A DNA stretch of 64,000 nucleotides, from contig JAGBUH010000253.1 in assembly GCA_017630915.1 (NCBI GenBank), positions 5,196 through 69,195 on the forward strand, given 5' to 3'. Position 1 is the stretch's first letter. Every line of letters starts with the position of its first letter. Shown here one piece after another: positions 27,972 through 36,640 of the stretch. The notes under the pieces were generated by a model that was not told the DNA's origin, searched no databases, and saw only the letters and a list, made by a program, of their open reading frames with translations. This DNA is from Clostridia bacterium. Lineage in GTDB: Bacteria > Bacillota > Clostridia > Oscillospirales > CAG-382. The position numbers and the translations under genes were made by a program.

Positions 27972-28964
27972 ATGTCTCAAATGAGCATTATCGTCCCTGT
28001 TTATAAAGTCGAACAATACATAAAACGTTGTGTAGACAGTATACTCGGACAAACTTTTACAGATATTGAATTGATTTTGATAGATGACGGAAGTCCTGAC
28101 AACTGTCCTACAATATGCGATGAATATGCACAAACTGACCCACGTGTTCATGTAATTCATCAAAAGAATGGCGGATTATCTGCTGCACGCAACGCAGGTA
28201 TCGATTGGGTATTTGCCAATAGTGACAGCAAATGGATAACCTTTATTGACAGCGACGATTGGGTACATCCGCGATATTTAGAAATATTATACGAAGCATC
28301 TACTAAAAACTCATGCAAAATCAGTATGTGCATTTTAACAAATGTATATGAACAAATCAAAATTTCCGAAATCAATAATTTTAATGTAAAAATTGTTGAT
28401 AGCATTGGCGCGTACAACATTTACGAAGGTAAGTTTTACGCATATTCTTGCGGTAAATTATTTCAAAGAGATTTGTTTAATGATGTTCGTTTCCCTGTTA
28501 GAAAACTTTTCGAAGATTGGTTTACAACTTACAAATTACTTTTCAAAACAGATAATATCGCTATTGTTGATTCGAGTATTTATTATTACTTAATACGTAA
28601 TGATAGCATTTCCAACAAATCATGGTCGCCTGACAAAATGGATGTATTGCAAGCACTCGATAAAAAGATTACGTTTTTCAAAGATAATAACATTCAGCAT
28701 TTATACACACTTTCAAAGCATTGGTCGTTTGTTATGACTTATAATCACTATTACGAATGCAGGAATAGTAATATTAAGAATAAATTTTTTTATATTTTAT
28801 TTTTAAGATTTAGAATGAAAAGACTGCTTTTGTTTTGTCGAAAAGATTTTTCAATAAATATAAAAAATCATCCCGAATATTTCGAATGCGCATATCCTAT
28901 TTTCATGTTTTTTTATTGGTACGTATGTGCTTTAAAAAAACGTTTTTCCAACAATAAGGATTAA
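27972..28964 (+). CDS. glycosyltransferase family 2 (DDGSPDNCP subfamily)
   Basis: It has SIIVPVYKVEQYIKRCVDSILGQTFTDIELILIDDGSPDNCP, NGGLSAARNAG and FIDSDDWV. Confidence 0.88.
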   Translation: MSQMSIIVPVYKVEQYIKRCVDSILGQTFTDIELILIDDGSPDNCPTICDEYAQTDPRVHVIHQKNGGLSAARNAGIDWVFANSDSKWITFIDSDDWVHPRYLEILYEASTKNSCKISMCILTNVYEQIKISEINNFNVKIVDSIGAYNIYEGKFYAYSCGKLFQRDLFNDVRFPVRKLFEDWFTTYKLLFKTDNIAIVDSSIYYYLIRNDSISNKSWSPDKMDVLQALDKKITFFKDNNIQHLYTLSKHWSFVMTYNHYYECRNSNIKNKFFYILFLRFRMKRLLLFCRKDFSINIKNHPEYFECAYPIFMFFYWYVCALKKRFSNNKD

Positions 28965-28974
28965 ATCGTCCAAT

Positions 28975-30183
28975 ATGAAAAAAATATTATTACTCCCCTC
29001 TCTAAACCTTCCTATTCCTGCCATTGGCGGCGGCGCAGTCGAGCAACTCCTAACCTTTCTATTAGAAACAAATGAGCAATACGGAAAGGTAAGATTTGTT
29101 GTAGTATCAAAACTTGACGAAAAAGCTCGTACTATAAAATATAAGCACTCTAAAATATATTATTTTGATACCAATAATGATAGGTCTCCCGAACTCCCCT
29201 TATTTAGAACTGCTTGGACTTTTTATCGATTTTTTTGTAAGGTGTTTTACAATCGGATATCAACTAAAATATTCAAACCCAAACGTTTACCGATGGGTAT
29301 CAACGAGTTTTTTAGTTATTGTGTTGCAAAAAATGAAAAGATTGATATTGTCATCTTGGAAGGTCGATACGAAACACCATACGATTTCTTCAACGATATG
29401 GTAGGTAGCGAGAACTTATACCATCATATTCATGGTGAAAGAACAGAAGATCTTGCCGTTAGAAAGACTATCAACAATTCAATCTCTATCAGCACCTTTG
29501 TAAAAAACAGTTGGGTGATTAACAAAACAATTCCCGGTAAAAATATTGTGTTGCCTAACTGCGCTGATGTTGAGAAATTTGACGTTCAACTTGATACAGA
29601 CGCACGCAATAAAGCACGTTCTGAATTAGGTGTTAGCGCCGACGAATTGCTTATTTTGTATTGCGGAAGAATTATCCCCGAAAAAGGCATAAGAGAATTA
29701 CTTGATGCAATGGAAGAATTACGCGATAAACCCATCAAACTTTTAATGATCGGCAGTTCGGGCTTTTCTTTAAAAACGAAAACTGATTTTGAAACTGAAA
29801 TCGCAAACCAAATCAAGTCAAATCCAGCCATTATACAACTCGGATATATTCCCAATAATGAATTACCTACTTGGTTTTCTTTGTGCGACGTACAGGTGAT
29901 TCCAACAACTTGCCAAGAAGGTGCAGGGATTGTTGCTATTGAAGGTATGTCCGCAGGTTTGCCTTTAATTACAACTATTTCGGGCGGTATGGTCGAATAT
30001 GTAAACGACGAAGTTGCTATTCAATTACCGATTGATGAAAATTTGTCCCAAAATATTGTAAGAGCTGTTTTAAAATTGTACCATTCACCTGAAATGCGCC
30101 GAGAAATGAGTAACGCTGGAAAAGAAAATTCGCACAAATACAGCAAAGAAGATTACTATAAAAATTTCATCCAATTATTTTAA
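28975..30183 (+). CDS. glycosyltransferase family 4 (GT-B)
   Basis: It has the EX7E-type block CQEGAGIVAIEGMSAGLPLITT. Confidence 0.82.
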   Translation: MKKILLLPSLNLPIPAIGGGAVEQLLTFLLETNEQYGKVRFVVVSKLDEKARTIKYKHSKIYYFDTNNDRSPELPLFRTAWTFYRFFCKVFYNRISTKIFKPKRLPMGINEFFSYCVAKNEKIDIVILEGRYETPYDFFNDMVGSENLYHHIHGERTEDLAVRKTINNSISISTFVKNSWVINKTIPGKNIVLPNCADVEKFDVQLDTDARNKARSELGVSADELLILYCGRIIPEKGIRELLDAMEELRDKPIKLLMIGSSGFSLKTKTDFETEIANQIKSNPAIIQLGYIPNNELPTWFSLCDVQVIPTTCQEGAGIVAIEGMSAGLPLITTISGGMVEYVNDEVAIQLPIDENLSQNIVRAVLKLYHSPEMRREMSNAGKENSHKYSKEDYYKNFIQLF

Positions 30184-30241
30184 TTTGTTTTTCTTTTGTG
30201 TTCGATTTATATTAATACTTAGTTATATAGAGGGGATATAT

Positions 30242-31315
30242 ATGTTTAGCAAGATTTTATTGCCACTCAAAAAGATTCATGGTCACTTGTATGAAACAAA
30301 GCTATATTATAAAGAAAAGAATGAATTTTTTCATCAATATATTCGCCCGCTACTTAACAGAATGAATGAAAATCCCACTTCTGTTTTTTTAATCTTAACG
30401 CCAGAACATAACAATTTAGGTGATCACGCAATAGCACTAGCCGAAATAGAATTATTAAACTCGATAGGATTCAAGTATATTGAAATTACAGGTAAACAGC
30501 TTTTCAAGATGAAAAAATTCAAATATTTGAGCATCATGAATGGACGACCTATATTGATTAATGGTGGTGGCAATTTAGGTTCGATTTGGTTTGACATTGA
30601 ACAATTAATACGCGAAGTCATTTCAAAAAATCCAAATTCTTCTATTGCTATTCTCCCTAACACAATTCATTATGAGGATACTCCATTTTTCCAAAAAGAA
30701 AAACATAAAGCGAGTAGAATTTATAAAAAACATAAAAATCTATTCATGTTTGCTAGAGAAGAAATTTCTTATAAAAATATGATGCAGTTACATTCTAATG
30801 TAAAACTAATTCCCGACATGGTTCTATCATTAAAGCGCACCAACAACTTTAAACGAAACGGTTGTTTGCTTTGCTTGCGTAATGATTGCGAAAAAACTTT
30901 AAATGAAAATGATCAAAATTCCATTTTAAAGCAAGTTCAAACGATTTTTACCAATATCAAGCGTACCGATACCTGTCTTGATCACTCCGTTAGTATTGAA
31001 GATAGAACATACTATTTAGATAACAAATTCAATGAGTTTTGTTCTACAGAATTAGTGATAACCGATAGATTACACGGAATGTTGTTTGCAGCAATTTCAA
31101 ACACTCCATGTATCGTCATTAACAGTTTAAGCCCTAAACTTGTTGGATGTTATGAATGGATTCGATGTTTAGATTATATTAAATTTATTGATAACTTAGA
31201 AGATGTAACAAAAGTGTATTATGAAATTAAATCTTCAAAATCAAATTATGAAGATTTAAATTTGAAACCATACTTTAAAATACTTGCCCACGATTTATAT
31301 GAATTTTTCAACTAG
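30242..31315 (+). CDS. polysaccharide pyruvyltransferase family protein (copy 2, paralogue of 26877..27968)
   Basis: It shares the motifs of copy 1: LTPEHNNLGDHAIALAE, ILINGGGNLGSIW and ITDRLHGMLFAAISNTPCIVI. The ATG at 30242 follows a GAGGGG RBS; the track start at 30185 is a TTG. Confidence 0.8.
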   Translation: MFSKILLPLKKIHGHLYETKLYYKEKNEFFHQYIRPLLNRMNENPTSVFLILTPEHNNLGDHAIALAEIELLNSIGFKYIEITGKQLFKMKKFKYLSIMNGRPILINGGGNLGSIWFDIEQLIREVISKNPNSSIAILPNTIHYEDTPFFQKEKHKASRIYKKHKNLFMFAREEISYKNMMQLHSNVKLIPDMVLSLKRTNNFKRNGCLLCLRNDCEKTLNENDQNSILKQVQTIFTNIKRTDTCLDHSVSIEDRTYYLDNKFNEFCSTELVITDRLHGMLFAAISNTPCIVINSLSPKLVGCYEWIRCLDYIKFIDNLEDVTKVYYEIKSSKSNYEDLNLKPYFKILAHDLYEFFN

Positions 31316-31338
31316 CTTTGAGATTTCAAGGAGTTTTT

Positions 31339-32346
31339 ATGCCGAAAATAAGCATCATCGTGCCTATTTATAAAGTAGAGCCATACTTACATAAATGTAT
31401 TGATAGTATTCTGAATCAAACATTTTCCGACTTCGAATTAATTCTTGTAGATGATGGTAGTCCGGATAATTGTCCCCAAATATGCAACGAATATGCAGTG
31501 AAAGACGAACGAATAAAAACCATTCACAGAAGAAACGGCGGTCTTTCTGCAGCACGTAATTCAGGATTAAACATTGCCAAAGGGGATTATATTTGCTTTG
31601 TTGATAGCGACGATTTTATTCATCCTCAATATTGTGAATTGCTGTTAAACGAAATTGAAAAAAGCAACTTTGATTTTTGTGTATGTGACATTACACCTTT
31701 TAAAGATGAGAATACTGTAAATACTTATTTTCCTTACAACAATGTTATTTCGACTCATATTACTTTACATGAATACTTTCAAAACTCAAAAAAAGGTGTA
31801 TGGAACAAAATATACAAGCGAAATGTTTTTGATAATATTAGATTCTTTGATGGTCGTATCCATGAAGATATTATGTTCGCAACAGATTTACTAAATATTA
31901 TTAAAACTCCAATATCAGTAATAGATGCAAAATTATATTTTGCACGATCACGGTCTGATAGTTTATTCACTCTTGAAAAAATACATCCCGACAGAGTTTT
32001 TGCTGGCGAATATATGATAAGCAAAGCATTCAAGCAATGTCCAGAACTGTTTCCCTTTTGCTTAAAATATGCAATTATATATCCTTGGTCTTTTGTAGAC
32101 AAAATTTATGTAAAAAAAGATTTTTCAAATAATAAAAAATTTCTGTGCGACTTACAGAACTTAATACGCAAGTATAAAAAAGACTATAAACATTTAGAAA
32201 CGATCGATAAAATTACTAAACACCGCATGCTATTATTTTCGCGCAGTCGTTTTCTATATAGTTTCAATGCATACGGTAGATTACTACGCGTATATTTATA
32301 TCGTTTATTAAAAAAAGATCCCTATAAAACAGGTCATGGAATATAA
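31339..32346 (+). CDS. glycosyltransferase family 2 (DDGSPDNCP subfamily)
   Basis: It has SIIVPIYKVEPYLHKCIDSILNQTFSDFELILVDDGSPDNCP and FVDSDDFI. The ATG at 31339 follows an AAGGAG RBS. Confidence 0.88.
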   Translation: MPKISIIVPIYKVEPYLHKCIDSILNQTFSDFELILVDDGSPDNCPQICNEYAVKDERIKTIHRRNGGLSAARNSGLNIAKGDYICFVDSDDFIHPQYCELLLNEIEKSNFDFCVCDITPFKDENTVNTYFPYNNVISTHITLHEYFQNSKKGVWNKIYKRNVFDNIRFFDGRIHEDIMFATDLLNIIKTPISVIDAKLYFARSRSDSLFTLEKIHPDRVFAGEYMISKAFKQCPELFPFCLKYAIIYPWSFVDKIYVKKDFSNNKKFLCDLQNLIRKYKKDYKHLETIDKITKHRMLLFSRSRFLYSFNAYGRLLRVYLYRLLKKDPYKTGHGI

Positions 32347-32347
32347 T

Positions 32348-33367
32348 ATGTCGACTAACATCAAACCCAAAATAAGCATAATCGTTCCCGTTTATAATGT
32401 CGAAAAGTACATTCACAAATGTGTTCAAAGTATTTTAGCGCAAACTTTCACAGATTATGAACTGATACTTGTTGACGACGAAAGCCCCGACACCTGCCCT
32501 GCTATATGTGACGAATATGCTACAAAGTATGAGTTTATAAAAGTTGTGCATAAAAAGAACGGCGGTCTTGCTTCCGCAAGAAACGCCGGAATGAAAATTG
32601 CATCGGGTAAATTCATTATGTTTTTCGATAGTGACGACTATGTTAGTAGCGACACTTGTCAACTAATGTACGATGCAATTTCAAAGAATCCAACTGCATG
32701 GGTTCTATCAAATATTCACCGTGTAAACGAAAACGATGAATACGTATCCGGTCTTGATGAAAATCAAGCACTTGAAATATTCAACCAATGCCCCACATAC
32801 TTTGGCGCTTTCAAAATGTCTTTATCTGGTAGCGTTTGTAATAAAATTTACAATATGGATATTATACGCGAGAACAATCTTTGGTTTGACGAAAGTGTAC
32901 GTTTTGGAGAAGATGTTCCTTTTGATTCTCCATATTGCCAACTTTGCTCTGACATTGTATTTTTACCTACGCCTTTGTATTTTTATCGCGTTGTTGATGG
33001 TAGTTTAACACATACTTATCATGCGGATCACCTGGGTGTTTATATTAAGTTGTTTGGAATTCGTTTACCTTTGATTAAAGATGAAGAAATTCCCAAGTTT
33101 TGTGATACATATTTTTATTACTTTACCGACTTGATGAAGAACACCCATGATAAAAGAAATCCGATGTCATTTTTCGAAAAAATGAGATATAATCACAAAA
33201 TGATGAATACAAAAGAGTTTATATTTTGTGCCGAAAATACAACAGGAAATAATGACAGTCCTTTATATATGCGTATTACAAGAATGCATAATTACTATTT
33301 ATTTTGGTTGTTTTTAAAACTGTGCGATATAAAGCAATTATTATTTCGTGACATAGGAGAACAATAA
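32348..33367 (+). CDS. glycosyltransferase family 2
   Basis: It has SIIVPVYNVEKYIHKCVQSILAQTFTDYELILVDDESPDTCP and FFDSDDYV. The start is either 32348 or 32336; neither has a strong RBS. Confidence 0.85.
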   Translation: MSTNIKPKISIIVPVYNVEKYIHKCVQSILAQTFTDYELILVDDESPDTCPAICDEYATKYEFIKVVHKKNGGLASARNAGMKIASGKFIMFFDSDDYVSSDTCQLMYDAISKNPTAWVLSNIHRVNENDEYVSGLDENQALEIFNQCPTYFGAFKMSLSGSVCNKIYNMDIIRENNLWFDESVRFGEDVPFDSPYCQLCSDIVFLPTPLYFYRVVDGSLTHTYHADHLGVYIKLFGIRLPLIKDEEIPKFCDTYFYYFTDLMKNTHDKRNPMSFFEKMRYNHKMMNTKEFIFCAENTTGNNDSPLYMRITRMHNYYLFWLFLKLCDIKQLLFRDIGEQ

Positions 33368-34011
33368 TGAAAACGATTGCTATAATGCCGATAAAATTAA
33401 ATAACGAGCGATTACCCGGAAAGAATACTATGTTATTGGGGGACAAACCGTTATTGCAACATCAGTTAATTGCTGTGCGAGATTCTAATATGGCGGATGA
33501 CATATTTGTTTTTTGCAGTAATGAAGCGGTTTGTGAATATTTACCCGAAGGCGTGAAGTTCTTAAAGCGTTCAGCTGAGCTTGATCTCCCTACTGCAAAT
33601 TTTTCGCAAATCTTTGAAGCGTTTTCGAGCGAAAATCCTGCTGATATTTACGTCTATGTACATGCAACGGCTCCGTTCGTTTCAGTCGAAACGATAAAAG
33701 AGTGCATTTCCGCGGTAGTAAGTGGCGAATATGATTCGGCATTTTGTGCTGTGAAAATCCAAGATTTTCTTTGGAAAGACGGAGAGCCGATGAATTTCGA
33801 TGCGCAAAATATTCCGAGAAGTCAAGACATTGAGCCGATTTTCAGAGAAACATCGGGTGTTTATGTTTTTACAAGTGATGTGTTTAATAAATACCACAGA
33901 CGAATCGGTGTCAATCCCTTTATCAAAGAAGTATCGTTCAAAGAAGCTGTTGACATTAACAATCCCGAAGATTTTCAATTAGCAGAAGTTATGATGAATA
34001 TTAACCTATAA
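33367..34011 (+). CDS. NeuA/KdsB-family cytidylyltransferase (CMP-sugar-acid synthetase type)
   Basis: 214 aa. MKTIAIMPIKLNNERLPGKN is the N-terminal signature of acylneuraminate/Kdo cytidylyltransferases. There is a TAATG overlap with the upstream gene. Confidence 0.8.
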   Translation: MKTIAIMPIKLNNERLPGKNTMLLGDKPLLQHQLIAVRDSNMADDIFVFCSNEAVCEYLPEGVKFLKRSAELDLPTANFSQIFEAFSSENPADIYVYVHATAPFVSVETIKECISAVVSGEYDSAFCAVKIQDFLWKDGEPMNFDAQNIPRSQDIEPIFRETSGVYVFTSDVFNKYHRRIGVNPFIKEVSFKEAVDINNPEDFQLAEVMMNINL

Positions 34012-34021
34012 GGAGTAACTT

Positions 34022-35611
34022 ATGAATTCGGTAAAAGTTTTAGACGTAACATTACGTGACGGCGGTTGCGTTATTGATTTTAATTTCGGACAAGCTTATA
34101 TGGAGCAAATTTTAGGTAATCTTGAAAAATCCGGTGTTGATATCATCGAATTAGGTTATCTTGATGCCAAAAAAGGCACTCCTGAGGGGAGAACTCAATT
34201 TTGTGACGAAAAAGTTGTACGCCAAGGTTTTCTCAAACAGAAGAAACAGGGTACCACCTATGTTGCAATGTTCGACTATGGAAAGTTTGACCCCGATACT
34301 TTGGAGCAATGCGACGGAAACGGCATTGACGGTTTACGTATTGCCTTTCATAAAAAAGACCGTTTGAATATGATTTCAACCGCGAAAAAGGTATTGGAAA
34401 AAGGTTATCAACTGTTTATTCAACCGATGACGATTATGCGTTACAGCGATGAAGAATTGTTGGAACTCATCAACGTTGTTAACACCGAACTTGCAAGAGC
34501 TACTGCCTTTTATGTTGTTGACAGCTTTGGTGAAATGCGTATGAACGACCTTAACCGCGTTGTTCATCTTGTAGACCATAACCTTAACCCTAATATACAA
34601 ATGGGCTTCCATTCCCACAATAATTTGCAGTTATCCTATTCTAACGCCGTTACACTTTTACAATTTTTCTCGTCCCGAAACGTGATAATTGACGCATCTA
34701 TTCTTGGTATGGGCAAAGGTGCAGGTAACCTTAATACAGAGCTTTTCCTTGAACACCTTAATCTTTATTATAACAAGAATTACAAAATAGAACCGCTTCT
34801 CGAAGTTATTGACAAGGTTGTAAACACAATTCGTGCCGAATTCTATTGGGGATATTCGATTGAATATTATCTTTCTTCGGTTAATCACTGTACGCCGAGT
34901 TATGCCGGACACTTTTATAAGAAACACATGTTGCCCGTCGAACAAGTTGCCGAATTGCTTGGCATGATTGCGGAAGAAAAGAAGATATCCTTCGATAAAG
35001 AATATGCCGAACAGTTATATCTTTCCTACAACGCAAGACGTCATGCTAATGACGACCCGACAATTCTTGCCCTTACCGAAAAAATCAAGGGTAAACGTGT
35101 TTTACTTCTCGCCCCGGGCAAACGTTTGACCGAAAAGCAAGAAGAAATCAATGCGCTCATCAACTCCAACGACGTTATTAGTATTTCGCTTAATGCTTTT
35201 GATAAATTTGATACAGATTTTGTTTTAACAACACGTGTCGATGCTTTCAATAATGCATTGCAGCAAAACAAGAAAATTATCGCGACAAGCGGCGTTTGTG
35301 AGTCTTCTTACGAAAATGTCTATTTGATTGACTATGAAAAATGGATTACCATCGAAAATGGAGTAAACGATTCTTCCGGAATAGTTGCCTTGAAACTCAT
35401 GGCAGCTTGTGGTGCTTCTGAAATCATTCTGGCAGGATTTGACGGTTTTTCGGTTGATATTAACAGCAACTATTACGACAAAACCATGCGCCGTCCCGTT
35501 ACCGAAGAGCAAGCAAGACAGCGCAACGAATATTTTAGTACATACGTGCGCAAATTACGCGTAAATACTCCTGTAACATATCTTACAAAATCACTTTACG
35601 AGGAAGAATAA
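34022..35611 (+). CDS. fusion protein: N-terminal DRE-TIM (HMGL-like, DmpG-type) aldolase domain plus C-terminal DUF115/MptE-like domain
   Basis: 529 aa. Residues 1 to about 340 carry VLDVTLRDGG (Asp metal ligand), GFHSHNN (His-x-His ligands) and GMGKGAGNLNTE. Residues from about 345 to 500 carry KGKRVLLLAPGKRL and IILAGFDGF, matching the two blocks of the stand-alone DUF115 protein at 22631. Confidence 0.6.
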   Translation: MNSVKVLDVTLRDGGCVIDFNFGQAYMEQILGNLEKSGVDIIELGYLDAKKGTPEGRTQFCDEKVVRQGFLKQKKQGTTYVAMFDYGKFDPDTLEQCDGNGIDGLRIAFHKKDRLNMISTAKKVLEKGYQLFIQPMTIMRYSDEELLELINVVNTELARATAFYVVDSFGEMRMNDLNRVVHLVDHNLNPNIQMGFHSHNNLQLSYSNAVTLLQFFSSRNVIIDASILGMGKGAGNLNTELFLEHLNLYYNKNYKIEPLLEVIDKVVNTIRAEFYWGYSIEYYLSSVNHCTPSYAGHFYKKHMLPVEQVAELLGMIAEEKKISFDKEYAEQLYLSYNARRHANDDPTILALTEKIKGKRVLLLAPGKRLTEKQEEINALINSNDVISISLNAFDKFDTDFVLTTRVDAFNNALQQNKKIIATSGVCESSYENVYLIDYEKWITIENGVNDSSGIVALKLMAACGASEIILAGFDGFSVDINSNYYDKTMRRPVTEEQARQRNEYFSTYVRKLRVNTPVTYLTKSLYEEE

Positions 35612-36081
35612 TGTCCAAAATAAAGATTCTCGCTATGGATGTTGACGGAACCTTGACTGACGGAAAGATATACGTTGGAGCTCAAGGCGAAGTTATGAAG
35701 GCATTTAACGTAAAAGACGGTTACGGTATTGCTCAACTTCTCCCCAAAATGTCTATAACGCCCGTCATCATTACCGGCCGTAAATCCGAAATTGTTTCCC
35801 GTCGCGCAGAAGAATTGAAAATCAATAACGTTTACCAAGGTGTAAACGACAAGTTAACCAAATTAAGCGAAATTGCTTTTGAATTTGGTGTCACACTTGA
35901 AAACGTCGCATATATCGGTGACGACCTTAATGATATTGAATGCATCGAGCATTGTGGACTTACTGCATGTCCGTCAGATTCCATAAACGAGGTTTTGCGA
36001 ATGGTCGATTATATTTGCCCTTCTTGCGGCGGTGACGGTGCGGTTCGTGAATTTATCGAATATATCTCGGAAATGAACTGA
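35611..36081 (+). CDS. KdsC-family HAD-IIIA sugar-acid-phosphate phosphatase
   Basis: 156 aa with AMDVDGTLTDGKIY, ITGRKSEIV and GDDLNDIE, typical of Kdo-8-P or Kdn/Neu-9-P phosphatases. There is a TAATG overlap with the upstream gene. Confidence 0.8.
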   Translation: MSKIKILAMDVDGTLTDGKIYVGAQGEVMKAFNVKDGYGIAQLLPKMSITPVIITGRKSEIVSRRAEELKINNVYQGVNDKLTKLSEIAFEFGVTLENVAYIGDDLNDIECIEHCGLTACPSDSINEVLRMVDYICPSCGGDGAVREFIEYISEMN

Positions 36082-36085
36082 TAAA

Positions 36086-36640
36086 ATGCTTGAATTTTTT
36101 TACCGATTGCCCTTATCATATGCTGTATTCGGTGTGGTTACGATTATCGTTATTTGGGCTATTGCGCATTATAAATTTGCGTTACGTGGATATGGCAGTG
36201 GAATAGACGCGAAGCAGCATTGGAAAGTTTTCAACTACATTGTTGTAATTTTATCAGTGATACTTATTTTATACGCTACGATATTTTCGCGCAGCGATGA
36301 AATAACGAAACTCATTCTGCAACCGTTCTATTCCTTTAAAATTGCAAAAATCCAAAACGAAATGTACCGATCAATGTTAATGAATATTGTTTTATTTGTT
36401 CCATTCGGGCTATCATTTGCATCTATTTTGTCACAAAGACAAACAGTTTCAACAAGAATTGCCATAACTTCCCTATTGGGACTGCTTTTGAGCGTTCTAA
36501 TTGAGTCTGTACAATATTTTTGCAAATTGGGCGAGGCATGGACCGACGATGTAATTTGCAACACATTAGGGGCTTTTATAGGCTCGTTAACGTTGGTACT
36601 TTGGAAAGTTTATTTTTTAAAAAAACATGATTATACATAA
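36086..36640 (+). CDS. VanZ-like membrane protein
   Basis: 184 aa with 4-5 hydrophobic segments and the motifs NIVLFVPFGLSF and ESVQYF...DDVICNTLGAFIG. Confidence 0.65.
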   Translation: MLEFFYRLPLSYAVFGVVTIIVIWAIAHYKFALRGYGSGIDAKQHWKVFNYIVVILSVILILYATIFSRSDEITKLILQPFYSFKIAKIQNEMYRSMLMNIVLFVPFGLSFASILSQRQTVSTRIAITSLLGLLLSVLIESVQYFCKLGEAWTDDVICNTLGAFIGSLTLVLWKVYFLKKHDYT

